From the NCBI GenBank assembly GCA_965116925.1, contig OZ220744.1, forward strand, positions 3,936,001 through 4,000,000: a stretch of DNA of 64,000 bases, given 5' to 3'. Under the pieces are notes generated by a model that searched no databases, was not told where the DNA came from, and saw only the letters and a list, made by a program, of their open reading frames with translations. Every line of letters begins with the position of its first letter. Positions within the stretch are counted from its first letter, which is position 1. A program made the translations under genes and the position numbers. Below are positions 40,678 through 49,784 of this stretch, piece after piece. This DNA comes from Candidatus Poribacteria bacterium (GTDB lineage Bacteria; Poribacteria; WGA-4E; PCPOR2b).

Positions 40678-41553
40678 TTATTTCGCGTTCATTTCAGCTT
40701 TGCCGCGTGGTCTGTGGGGTTCCGGCTCTTGGCCAGGTTGTACTAGGGTCACTCCGTCGTCCTCAATAAGGGGCCGGTTGTACATGTAAGGCGGCTCAAG
40801 TGCTGCCTGCTGCGCTTCTGTCAACTCAGCAACCCATGTCGGCATGCTGGTTTGATAGATACCGCCGCTTGTGTGCATAGACTTTGGGCAATATCGGTAG
40901 AGTAGGGAACGTCTCTCATGATTACCTTGCCAAGGCAGCGCACCGTGGATGGTGGCTTCCATGAAGATTACAAGATCTCCCGCTTTGCTTTCCACATTAT
41001 ACACCACTTCTTGGTTGGTGTCGTAAAGCATGATATCTTCGGGACAAAGGAAGTTCGCTTTATGGCTGCCCGGAATTACCGCGATTCCACCATCACCGGG
41101 ATTGATATCAGCCAACTGGAATTGGCAAACGATTAAGCCGACGCGCATCTCGCCATTTGCATAGGTATAATACTGCGTCCCGTCGAAATGTCTGCTTGTC
41201 GCACCGTGTAATCCGTGTCCACCGGTGCCTTTCCTAGAGATTAGCAAAAAAGGCTCATGGTCCATTCTCCATCCACGACCGAAAAGGGCATTGAGGTAAG
41301 GAATGAGTTTTCGGTGGGCTATTAGATCGCGGAACGGTTGGCACCAAGGCTGTTCCCAAGTCAGCATCCCCATCATAGATCGGCGATGGTGTTCACCATC
41401 CATGCCAAGCCCGTACATTTTGCTGTCCTCTGTGTATTTGTCATGGTTGGCATCAACGGCTTCGTTGAGTGCTTGGACCTCTTGGGGAGTCAGGAAGTTT
41501 TCGACCCGGAGGTAACCCCGCAGATCGAATAGGAATTTTTCGCGTTCGTTCAT
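40678..41553 (-). CDS. PhyH family dioxygenase with HxA in place of HxD
   Basis: FDLRGYL, LHGA, IPGSHK, IHGALPW, RRS; ATG 41553 with RBS GGAG. Confidence 0.85.
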   Translation of the reverse strand: MNEREKFLFDLRGYLRVENFLTPQEVQALNEAVDANHDKYTEDSKMYGLGMDGEHHRRSMMGMLTWEQPWCQPFRDLIAHRKLIPYLNALFGRGWRMDHEPFLLISRKGTGGHGLHGATSRHFDGTQYYTYANGEMRVGLIVCQFQLADINPGDGGIAVIPGSHKANFLCPEDIMLYDTNQEVVYNVESKAGDLVIFMEATIHGALPWQGNHERRSLLYRYCPKSMHTSGGIYQTSMPTWVAELTEAQQAALEPPYMYNRPLIEDDGVTLVQPGQEPEPHRPRGKAEMNAK

Positions 41554-41814
41554 AATTATGCTCCGTATTTTGTGGTACACTAGCTAAAGTACATATCTTT
41601 CGGCATCAGAAAGGAATCGCTATCTAGGATAACACAGGTTACCAGTAATAGGTATATTGCTCTAAATCCCGATCCTATCAAGGCTCCGTATGCCATACCC
41701 CCCAATACCACAGGTAAAATGGGAAATTTTAAGGTAGTGGGCATATTCCGTATGCCGTAACCTCCCTCCCATTAATCGATAGATCTCAAGAATTGATTCG
41801 TACAACAATTCAAT

Positions 41815-41921
41815 TATAGTAGATTTTAGAATTAATGAGACACTCCAAATCGGCGCAGTTGAAAACAGCACCTACCAAACATGGGGGCGCAAGTGTTTCT
41901 TTATTTTTTGAATTCACTATA
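41815..41921. mobile_element. MITE family A
   Basis: TATAGTAGATTTTAGAATTAATGAGACAC...TTTTTGAATTCACTATA with REP-like core. Confidence 0.8.
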
Positions 41922-41938
41922 ATTACACCGACACCTGA

Positions 41939-42931
41939 TTATTCTCTTTTCGACGGGGGGACAATCTCTCCATCAACAATCTGCTTTTTGAGTGCTTCAA
42001 TGCGTTTCAGGATTTCGGGCGATAATATCTCCTGATTGTTAGCATCGACGATATATTCAATGCCTCCTTCTTTGAGACCGTATAGTTTTATTCCACCGGT
42101 GAAATTGTCCTCAACGACAGCTTGGATTGTTTGGTAGACCGCGAGTTCGACGCCTTTGATCATGCTCGTCAGGACAAGTCCCGGTGCGAGATGGTTTCCG
42201 TTCGCATCCACCCAGATGATCTGCTTCTGCTTTTCTTTGGCGGCTTCAAGTATTCCTAAGCTCGTTGCACCCGCCGCCGCGAGGATTACGTCAGCACCTT
42301 TGTTATACTGCGCCAGTGCGAGTTCCTTTCCCTTGGCGGGGTCACTGAAGGCTTTCGGTGTGACGCCGGCATAGTCGATGAGGACATCGATTTCGGGATT
42401 GATAGCCTTTGCCCCGGCGTAATAACCTGCTTCAAAAGCGTGCAAAAGTGGGACGTTCATCCCCCCGATGAACCCAATCCGATTTGTCTCGGTTTTCAGT
42501 GCAGCGATTGCTCCTACTAGGTAGGTTCCCTCATGTGCTTTGAAGATGAGCGAGGCGACGTTTTCCCGTTTGGTTTCGGCATCAATAATCGCAAATTTGA
42601 CCTTTGGAAATTCAGATGCCACACGATCCATCGGCTCTTGAAAGAGGAACCCGACCCCAATGATGAGGTCATATTTCAACCGAGCCAGCTGCCTCAAGGC
42701 AAACTCGATGTCGGTACTCTGTCCGGGTGTGATTTCTTTGAGATCAAGTTTCCACTGATCGGTCGCTTTCTTGGCACCGGCGTAGGAGGCATCACAGAAC
42801 GAAAGATCTCCACGACCGCCTATGTCGTAGATTAATCCAATCCTTTTTGTTTTTGCAACGCTTGGTGTGATGGACAGAAAGATAAATATGAAACTGTAGA
42901 TGAAAGTTTTAGTCAATCTTTTTTGCATCAT
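41939..42931 (-). CDS. BMP family ABC transporter substrate-binding protein
   Basis: GGRGDLSF, IGVGF, IGFIGG, DPAKGKE, YGLKEGG. Confidence 0.9.
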   Translation of the reverse strand: MMQKRLTKTFIYSFIFIFLSITPSVAKTKRIGLIYDIGGRGDLSFCDASYAGAKKATDQWKLDLKEITPGQSTDIEFALRQLARLKYDLIIGVGFLFQEPMDRVASEFPKVKFAIIDAETKRENVASLIFKAHEGTYLVGAIAALKTETNRIGFIGGMNVPLLHAFEAGYYAGAKAINPEIDVLIDYAGVTPKAFSDPAKGKELALAQYNKGADVILAAAGATSLGILEAAKEKQKQIIWVDANGNHLAPGLVLTSMIKGVELAVYQTIQAVVEDNFTGGIKLYGLKEGGIEYIVDANNQEILSPEILKRIEALKKQIVDGEIVPPSKRE

Positions 42932-42972
42932 GTAGACTCCTAGCGAGTTAGTCGTACTTACCTTGTTACGTT

Positions 42973-43055
42973 AGCTCATGTAAAAACAGAGTGCAAGGCA
43001 CTTAGAGAAACTGAGTTTTGAAGAAAAAACTCGGTTTCTGTTGCACAATTTGGCT
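42973..43055. mobile_element. Degenerate MITE family B
   Basis: AGCTCATGTAAAAACAGAGTGCAA... with the GAAAC(T)GAGTTTT core; right end eroded. Confidence 0.65.
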
Positions 43056-43058
43056 ACG

Positions 43059-43889
43059 TTACGCTCCTAGTCTGATTGATACCGCTGCAGCTATCCCCAA
43101 CGCAAAGCAGTAGTAAGAAAAAATAGAAAACCTCCCACGATTGAGTATCGCCAGCAGAAAGCGTAACGCGACGTAACCCACAATGAATGCGGTCAATGTT
43201 CCAGCAACAATAACGGCTGGGGCAACTGTAATTTCCTCTATATCTCTGAGTTTGAGGATAACCGCCCCCAAGATTGCAGGGATGGAAAGTAGAAAAGAGT
43301 ATTGCGCTGCAATCTGAGGCGACAGACCCAACAACAGTGAGATAGAAATCGTTGACCCAGATCTGGAAATTCCGGGGATGATGGCAAGTCCTTGGACAAT
43401 CCCAACGAGTGGTGTATGCCATGTGCGTAAGGGAGTTTCTGTTTGTCGCCGCCTATGTCCGAGACGTGACAATTGCAAGATTAGACCTGTGATAATTAAC
43501 ATACCGGCAACAATCATCGGTTTGCCAAAGATCGCCTCAAGTGAATCTTTGAACAACAGCGCGATTAGCCCGGTAGGAATCGAGCCGAGCAGAAGAAACC
43601 AGATTAGCCTGAGATCAGGTGTGTTACTGATTGTAAGTCGGGGGTGTCGGTAGAAATTTGCCTGAAAGAGCGTGGAACAACCGGTCCGCACCAAAGACCC
43701 GATTAATTGATAATAAACAATAATAACAGCCCCCAAGGTTCCGAGATGGAGCATGACATCGAAAAAGACTTGTGATTCCTTTATCCCTAAGAAATGCTGC
43801 ATCAGAACTAAATGTCCAGAACTACTCACAGGCAAGAACTCTGTTATGCCTTGTAAAACACCAAGCACAATCGCTTCAAGAATGGTCAT
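43059..43889 (-). CDS. uppP: Undecaprenyl-diphosphatase
   Basis: QGITEFLPVSSSGHL, HLGT, PGISRSG, YSFLLSIP. Confidence 0.96.
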   Translation of the reverse strand: MTILEAIVLGVLQGITEFLPVSSSGHLVLMQHFLGIKESQVFFDVMLHLGTLGAVIIVYYQLIGSLVRTGCSTLFQANFYRHPRLTISNTPDLRLIWFLLLGSIPTGLIALLFKDSLEAIFGKPMIVAGMLIITGLILQLSRLGHRRRQTETPLRTWHTPLVGIVQGLAIIPGISRSGSTISISLLLGLSPQIAAQYSFLLSIPAILGAVILKLRDIEEITVAPAVIVAGTLTAFIVGYVALRFLLAILNRGRFSIFSYYCFALGIAAAVSIRLGA

Positions 43890-43899
43890 CCGTACTTCC

Positions 43900-44119
43900 T
43901 ATAGTGGACCTTAGAATTAATGAGACACTCAAAACCGGTGCGGTTGGATGAAGATAAAAAAAATAATTCGGTAATTTGCTAGCGACACCAGCGCGGTTGC
44001 AAACCGCGCCTACCGTATGTTTCGAGGAAAATCGGGATTACCGATTTAAATGCTTAAACTTCATGAAACCGCCCCTACCGGGGGGCGAAAATGCCTATTT
44101 ATTTTTAGAAGTCACCGTA
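43900..44119. mobile_element. MITE family A with a nested second element (43948..44064)
   Basis: Family A ends; core hairpin split by an ATGAAG...CTTCAT-bounded insert. Confidence 0.75.
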
Positions 44120-44378
44120 ATATGAATCAGAAAGCAGTCTATTAACGGGGCTGGGGCAGGAAAACGGAGAATGGTCCCTTGAATATTAGGACGCTTTTGA
44201 AGAGATTGGGCAAATTTAGAAATGGGATCCATTGCGGACAGGGTAGGGACTTAATTTGAGGAGCTTGACCCACTGCAAGTTTATTTGGGGAATAATTGGT
44301 ATACAACCTTGCGAAGATTTTGAACCTTCGCAAGGCTGATGAACCTAGATCACTAATGCCATAGGACATTGATATTTT

Positions 44379-44621
44379 CTACTCAAGGGCTTCTTCTACG
44401 TCCTCTGGTAGAGTAACGGTGCTTGGATCTACATCAATTGGATATTCGGTGCCGTAGGCTTCGACAAGTTCGTCAAATGTTGCGTTATCCACGTTCTCTA
44501 GTTCTCCACCGGGGCGATTGAGAAAAACGCCTTGACAGCCATCACAACTCATCAGATCCACATCCGACCGTTCGATCGGAAATTGCGTAAGTGGATTATT
44601 ACAACCTGGACAAGGGAGCAT
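44379..44621 (-). CDS. Small zinc-ribbon (zf-TFIIB-like) protein
   Basis: CPGC ... CDGCQGVFL...GELE; RBS AAGGA. Confidence 0.75.
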   Translation of the reverse strand: MLPCPGCNNPLTQFPIERSDVDLMSCDGCQGVFLNRPGGELENVDNATFDELVEAYGTEYPIDVDPSTVTLPEDVEEALE

Positions 44622-44681
44622 AAATTAGATCCTTTCAAATAAAAGGTTTGCGTAGCGCGAAGTTACTTACGTTTTATTTTT

Positions 44682-44772
44682 CGCTCATGTTAAGATTTAG
44701 TGCAAAGAAACCGAGTTTTCAAGAAAAAACTCGGTTTCTCTTCGTGCTTTGCACTTTCTTTTAATAGAAGCC
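44682..44772. mobile_element. MITE family B (inverted)
   Basis: Near reverse complement of 20596..20686; 8-bp direct repeat TTATTTTT. Confidence 0.8.
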
Positions 44773-44779
44773 TTATTTT

Positions 44780-45976
44780 TTAGTCGGCAGCGGTTGCGAG
44801 TGGTTCGGAATGATCCAATTCGCAAAATTCGACGTAATCACTAATGAGTTCGGTAATCGTGGGTGCTTCACCACAGATCGGGCAGTTTTTATCCCGACTC
44901 ACCTTCAACTCACGAAACTTCATGCTGAGCGCATCATACATCATCAAGCGGCCGATCAGCGGTTCGCCAACGTCGAGCAGCAGTTTGACCGCTTCAGTTG
45001 CCATCACAAGCCCAACAGTGCCTGGGAGCACGCCCAGGACGCCAGCCTCGTTTCAGCCAGGGACCATGCCGGGCGGCGGTGGGGTTGGATACATGCACCG
45101 ATAGCACGGTCCATCGTGTGGCTTGAGGACGGTTGCCTGCCCTTCAAATTGGAAAATACTGCCGTGTACAATGGGTGTGTTTGTCAGCACTGCGGCATCG
45201 TTGACTAGATAGCGTGTTGCGAAATTATCGCAGCCATCAACGACCAAGTCGTACTCATTAAAGAGATCGATGATGTTGTCTTCTGACAGTCGCATATTGT
45301 AGGGAACAATATTGACATCAGGGTTCAGGAAAGTCATTGTTTCAGCTGCGGATTCTGCCTTCGGTTTGCCAACAGTTTCCGTGCGATGTAGGATTTGTCG
45401 CTGTAGATTGCTTAACTCAACGACATCTGAATCAACCACGCCGAGCGTGCCAACGCCTGTCGCTGCAAGGTATAATCCTGCCGGTGAACCTAAACCGCCT
45501 GCTCCAACGAGTAGCACTTTAGCGTCTAGCAGCTTCGACTGTCCCCTTTCGCCGACTTCAGTCAACATAAAGTGGCGGCTGTACCGCTCCAACTGATCCG
45601 GCGTCATCTGCTTATCTTTGGCTGTTGGGAGTCCTGACGCTGACCAGTCTCGATATCCACCCGCCATGGATACGGAATCCGCGTATCCCAATTCTCTTAG
45701 GGATTTGGCGGCGAGCAAGGATCTCATTCCCGCAGCACAATAGACGATTACTCTCTTGTCCCGATTTGGCACTTCGTCTTCGATCGAGAATTCGAGCATT
45801 CCTCGCGTGACATGAACCGCATCAGGGATATATCCTGCGCGATATTCGTCCTCATCACGGACATCAAGCAGCACAACATCATCTCCACCTTCCGCTTTCT
45901 CTTTCTGAGCTTCTTCAACAGAAACCTCTGGGATCTCTTTTTTTACTTCTTCGATAATTTGGCTTGTGGATTTCAA
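44780..45976 (-). CDS. moeB: Rhodanese-MoeB/ThiF fusion, probable selenoprotein (TGA codon 308 at 45055-45053)
   Basis: LDVRD..EY..G.IP, YCAAGMRS, RYSRH, VGAGGLGSP, SNLQRQ, PCYRC, VPG-TGA-NEAGVLGVLPG in frame, CPICG; 398 aa with readthrough. Confidence 0.88.
45018..45040 (-). promoter_or_regulatory. Candidate bacterial SECIS element
   Basis: GUCCUGGG-CGUGCU-CCCAGGCAC; apical loop starts 20 nt after UGA with G in second position. Confidence 0.65.
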
Positions 45977-45996
45977 TGCAATTCACCTCATTTGTT

Positions 45997-46098
45997 TATA
46001 GTAGATTTTAGAATTAATAGGACACGCCAAACCAGCGCGGTTACAAACCGCACCTACCGGGGGGCGCAAGTGTTTCTTTATTTTTTGAATTCACTATA
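45997..46098. mobile_element. MITE family A
   Basis: Family A ends; core GCGCGGTTACAAACCGCACCTACC. Confidence 0.8.
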
Positions 46099-46099
46099 A

Positions 46100-46286
46100 T
46101 AACCTAAGTTGCTAGTTGCGTTACGATACCACATACATGTCGCCCCGCTGGGGCTTTAAGGCTGGTTTTATCCTGTTTTCTATACACATGTCGCCCCGCT
46201 GGGGCTATGAGTCGGGCAAGATGCCCGACCTACGGATATTGGGAGTCGCCTTTTACTGCGTCGCATATAACTAGCAACTTGCGTTA
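46100..46286. mobile_element. MITE-like element (family D)
   Basis: TAACCTAAGTTGCTAG...CTAGCAACTTGCGTTA enclosing ACATGTCGCCCCGCTGGGGCT twice and TCGGGCAAGATGCCCGACCTAC; eroded relative near 54594..54657. Confidence 0.7.
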
Positions 46287-46440
46287 TAATAGAATACGGC
46301 ACTCTGAAATTGTGTTGGTGATGGGAACCCAATTTTTTACAACTTCCATTATATCACAAGCGGATGGTGCTGTCAAAACTAAATTGAGATGTGATATACT
46401 TGTTCATATTTCGTTGTTCGACAAGCATATCTGAGAATCT

Positions 46441-47376
46441 ATGGAGGAGAAAGTAGAACATGCAGCACGTTCTACAGAAACTGTGCAGACCCCAATTTCT
46501 ATCGCCCTAGTTCTATTGTCCGCTTTGTTCCATGCACTATGGAACTACTATGGCAAAGCAAGCCGTTCGCCACAACTGTTCTTCCTCTGGATTGGAGTGA
46601 TTACGGTGGGTGTAGCGGTACTTGCCTTTTCGCTGCAATTGCCAATCGCTCCAAAATCGGTTTGGGGCTATATCGTTGGGTCGAGTGTCATTCATTTTTT
46701 ATACTGGGTATGCTTGAGCCGCGCCTATATGTCCGGTGAAATCTCTTATGTCTATCCGATTGCGCGATCTGCCCCCGGATTCATCCCCTTTTTTGCTTTT
46801 CTATTTTTAGATGAGCGGCTTTCGGTACAGGGATTGATTGGTATTTTTTTGATTGTATTTTCGATCTATCTGCTTCAACAACGGGAGGGTGGACTGACGT
46901 TCAAGGGGCTGCTCCAGTATATCAGGGAACCTGCCTCTATTTGGGCGTTTGCAACGCTCGGCACGGTGATATCATACTCGCTGGTTGATAAGGCTGGGAT
47001 GTCCAAATTTTATGCACATTCAAACCAACAACACCCTTGGCAACCCGCAAGTTATTTTTTGTCGGAAAGTATGATTACGATGGTATTGTACGGCGGCTAT
47101 ATCCTGCGTTCCTCCCCACTACAGGAAGTTGTAGATATTGGGCGTCGAGAATGGAAAAAGGCTATCGTAACCGGATTGCTATGTATGCTTTCCTATATGC
47201 TTATTCTTTATGTTTATATGACCGAAAGCGTTAGTTACGTGGTCGCGCTCCGCCAGAGCTCTGTGATTTTCGCTGTGCTGCTTGGCGGCTATCTGCTGAA
47301 GGAATCACAAACAAAACTGCGGTTTGCGGCAGCAGTAGTGATGGTTATTGGGGTACTTCTAATTTCGACAGCATGA
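46441..47376 (+). CDS. EamA/DMT family transporter
   Basis: SALFHALWN, GEISYVYPIARSAP, YSLVDK, VVALRQSSV. Confidence 0.9.
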   Translation: MEEKVEHAARSTETVQTPISIALVLLSALFHALWNYYGKASRSPQLFFLWIGVITVGVAVLAFSLQLPIAPKSVWGYIVGSSVIHFLYWVCLSRAYMSGEISYVYPIARSAPGFIPFFAFLFLDERLSVQGLIGIFLIVFSIYLLQQREGGLTFKGLLQYIREPASIWAFATLGTVISYSLVDKAGMSKFYAHSNQQHPWQPASYFLSESMITMVLYGGYILRSSPLQEVVDIGRREWKKAIVTGLLCMLSYMLILYVYMTESVSYVVALRQSSVIFAVLLGGYLLKESQTKLRFAAAVVMVIGVLLISTA

Positions 47377-47387
47377 AGCAGGACAAT

Positions 47388-48326
47388 TTATGCGCTCTGT
47401 TTCATACCTCTCTTCCGAATCTGTCGTTTCATCTGCCATTTTGGGTCTGGTTGCGTTTTCCACCGATTGTGCGTCCAAAGCCACTGATCTGGATATTGTC
47501 GGATATATGTCTCAAGGATTTTCAGGATGTGCGCGGTATTGATTTGTACGTCCTGTTCAAGATCGCCGGATATTTCTAGGTCAATCGCCGGGGTGATGAT
47601 TACATGATGCCGGTCATCGGGTTGACGGATATCCATCGACAGGAGCAGCGGTGCACCCGTCTTGAGTGCGAGCGTTGCAGGTCCACGGACAGCGGAAGCT
47701 GGTTTCCCGAAGAAATCGACAAACACCCCCTCTCGTCCGGCATTCTGATCTGCAAAAAATCCGATAGCGAAATTCTCCCTAAGCGCACGAAGGGTTTCCC
47801 TAACCGCTCTCCTCCGGGTGATTAACTTTAGACTCAACCGCTCTCGATATTGAGAGACAAGCAGGTTAAGGTATCTGTTTTTGAGTGGAAACGCGATTGC
47901 CTTCGCTTGGTCTGGGATGAGTGCACCATAAACCAACGCCAGAAGTTCCCAGTTCCCAAGATGAGGCAGAAAAACGATAGCCCCCTTGCCCTGATTCAAT
48001 GCACCTATCAGATGCTCTTTTCCCTCAACGGTCACTTCGTCCCAGATGTTGTCGAAAGTTAATTTGGGAAAACGGAAAAATTCGATTGCGGTTTTGCCTA
48101 TCTGTTGGAAACTTCTGCGGCAAATTTGTGCACGCTCATCAGCAGATATTTCATCACCGAACGCAATTTGCAGATTTTCTAGGGCGATTCGACGGCGCTT
48201 CTCTAGGACAAGATAGAGAAAGCCTCCCAGACCGCTCCCCAGCATCAGGGCATACCCCTTGGGAAGCCATCGGATGGTTGCCCCCAATATACGAATGATG
48301 AAGGTAGTAAGCCAGTCGATAATCAA
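47388..48326 (-). CDS. Lipid A late acyltransferase (LpxL/HtrB family)
   Basis: HLGNWE, ADQ, VDFFG, YPDQWLWTHNRWK. Confidence 0.9.
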   Translation of the reverse strand: MIIDWLTTFIIRILGATIRWLPKGYALMLGSGLGGFLYLVLEKRRRIALENLQIAFGDEISADERAQICRRSFQQIGKTAIEFFRFPKLTFDNIWDEVTVEGKEHLIGALNQGKGAIVFLPHLGNWELLALVYGALIPDQAKAIAFPLKNRYLNLLVSQYRERLSLKLITRRRAVRETLRALRENFAIGFFADQNAGREGVFVDFFGKPASAVRGPATLALKTGAPLLLSMDIRQPDDRHHVIITPAIDLEISGDLEQDVQINTAHILKILETYIRQYPDQWLWTHNRWKTQPDPKWQMKRQIRKRGMKQSA

Positions 48327-48345
48327 AGCCCCTACGCATTAGATT

Positions 48346-48630
48346 TTACGAAAGCGCATCAATTTTCTGCGCCAATTCAAAATCCAACGCGCTAATTCCT
48401 CCGGCATCGTGTGTTGCGAGATCAACGGTCACGCGATTATAGACGTTAAACCATTCGGGGTGATGATTCATTGATTCTGCGATCAGGGCAACGCTCGCCA
48501 TGAAACCGAAGGCTTCTACAAACGATTCGAACTGAAATTCTTTGTGCAGCTTTTCATTTTCGACCGTCCACCCCGATATTTCCTCAAGTTGAGCGTTGAT
48601 TTCTGCGTCGATTAGTTTTGTGGTTGCCAT
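48346..48630 (-). CDS. phhB: Pterin-4a-carbinolamine dehydratase
   Basis: AESMNHHPEW.NVYN.V...L.THDAGG. Confidence 0.95.
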   Translation of the reverse strand: MATTKLIDAEINAQLEEISGWTVENEKLHKEFQFESFVEAFGFMASVALIAESMNHHPEWFNVYNRVTVDLATHDAGGISALDFELAQKIDALS

Positions 48631-48702
48631 TTTCTAATCTCCCTAAAAACTGAATTGTTTTAATGCCTGTCCCAATGGCATTGTATGGACATTGCACACT
48701 CC

Positions 48703-48990
48703 CACGATTCGGCAATTTGGCAGGGCACTGGCAGGTCTAAAAAAAAATTTCAACCTCACATCGGGGGTTCATCTTTGGTGGATGTCTCTCTGAACCCTGA
48801 TGGGGCCTAGCTTCAGAGCATTTGTAGATTTTTGCCACGTAAGAGAAGGTGCGCCCAAACGGCTTTTTGACCTGCCAAATACGCACTGTTTATGAACCGT
48901 TTTTCACCGAAATGACATTATAATCTCGCCAAATGGCAGGGATTTGGCAGGGCACTGACAGGTCTAAACTCTGAAATGCGTAAGTTTTGA
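48703..48990. repeat. Repeat cluster related to 50997..51136
   Basis: ATTTGGCAGGGCACTG(G/A)CAGGTCTAAA twice; reverse-complement match to 51018..51057; ends TGCGTAAGTTTTG. Confidence 0.65.
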
Positions 48991-49068
48991 TAGTCATATT
49001 CAGTGCATTGGAGTGGGTTCATCACCCCTATTATACCCTATTTTCTGACCATGTGCACAAGTCCTAAT

Positions 49069-49177
49069 TATAGTAGATTTTGGAATTAACGAGACACTCC
49101 AAATCGGCGCAGTTGGAAACAGCGCATACCAAACATGGGGGGGGGCAAGTGTCTCTTTATTTTTTGAATTCACTACA
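49069..49177. mobile_element. MITE family A
   Basis: Close match to 41815..41921. Confidence 0.8.
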
Positions 49178-49379
49178 ATTGAGACCAATTCATAAGTATG
49201 GCTCTATTAATGCCAACGCAAAAAAGGATCAGGATTGGGAAATCTGTCGTCGTTGGGAGAGCTTGCACCCGACAGTGGGTATAAATGCTGGGGTGCCATG
49301 TATGGTATAATGACAAATGGATAGCCTGGGTGTCAACGGTTTATATTATACTCTGATGTTTGGTCAGATGCAATATCGT

Positions 49380-49539
49380 TATGGTGAGGACAATCGCATC
49401 TGTTATAGGAATTCGGCAATCAGAACAGTGGGCAAATCCTTTTTGTACCGCAGATGTGTTGCCTTTTGGGCACGTACAGATTGGAAATCTGTACCCACGA
49501 TATGAAATAGGATTTATCATATTTTTAGAATTCACCATA
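49380..49539. mobile_element. MITE family A variant
   Basis: TATGGTGA...TCACCATA with core GTACAGATTGGAAATCTGTACCCAC. Confidence 0.6.
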
Positions 49540-49646
49540 AATGCCCCTATCCTAACCCGCGGAGATCACAGATTAGGAAATCTGTGGCTACGATTGTTTA
49601 ATTCCTATGACAGATGCGATTGCCCAAATTTCAGAGATTTCTATTA

Positions 49647-49675
49647 TTGACAGAAGATCGTAGTTGATGTATTAT
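49647..49675 (+). promoter_or_regulatory. Sigma70-type promoter
   Basis: TTGACA-17-TATTAT; a second extended -10 TGCTATAAT at 49741. Confidence 0.55.
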
Positions 49676-49784
49676 ATGTTGATGCACCATATATCAAGGT
49701 TTTGGACGCTAAACGTTTGATGTACAGTTGGCTGATACCGTGCTATAATTTGTCGGGAAATTGTCCGATAACTGGATAAAAACA

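Noticed and set aside
44142..44369. 75-aa ORF downstream of the zinc-ribbon gene
   Set aside because: No RBS or motif; cannot be supported, though not excluded
44780..45031. Separate 83-aa ORF, or moeB as a pseudogene
   Set aside because: It is the in-frame C-terminus of MoeB; the only stop is TGA exactly at the conserved Cys, followed by a SECIS-like stem
49200..49470. Riboswitch or tRNA-like RNA
   Set aside because: No recognisable aptamer or cloverleaf; part of the region is a MITE variant
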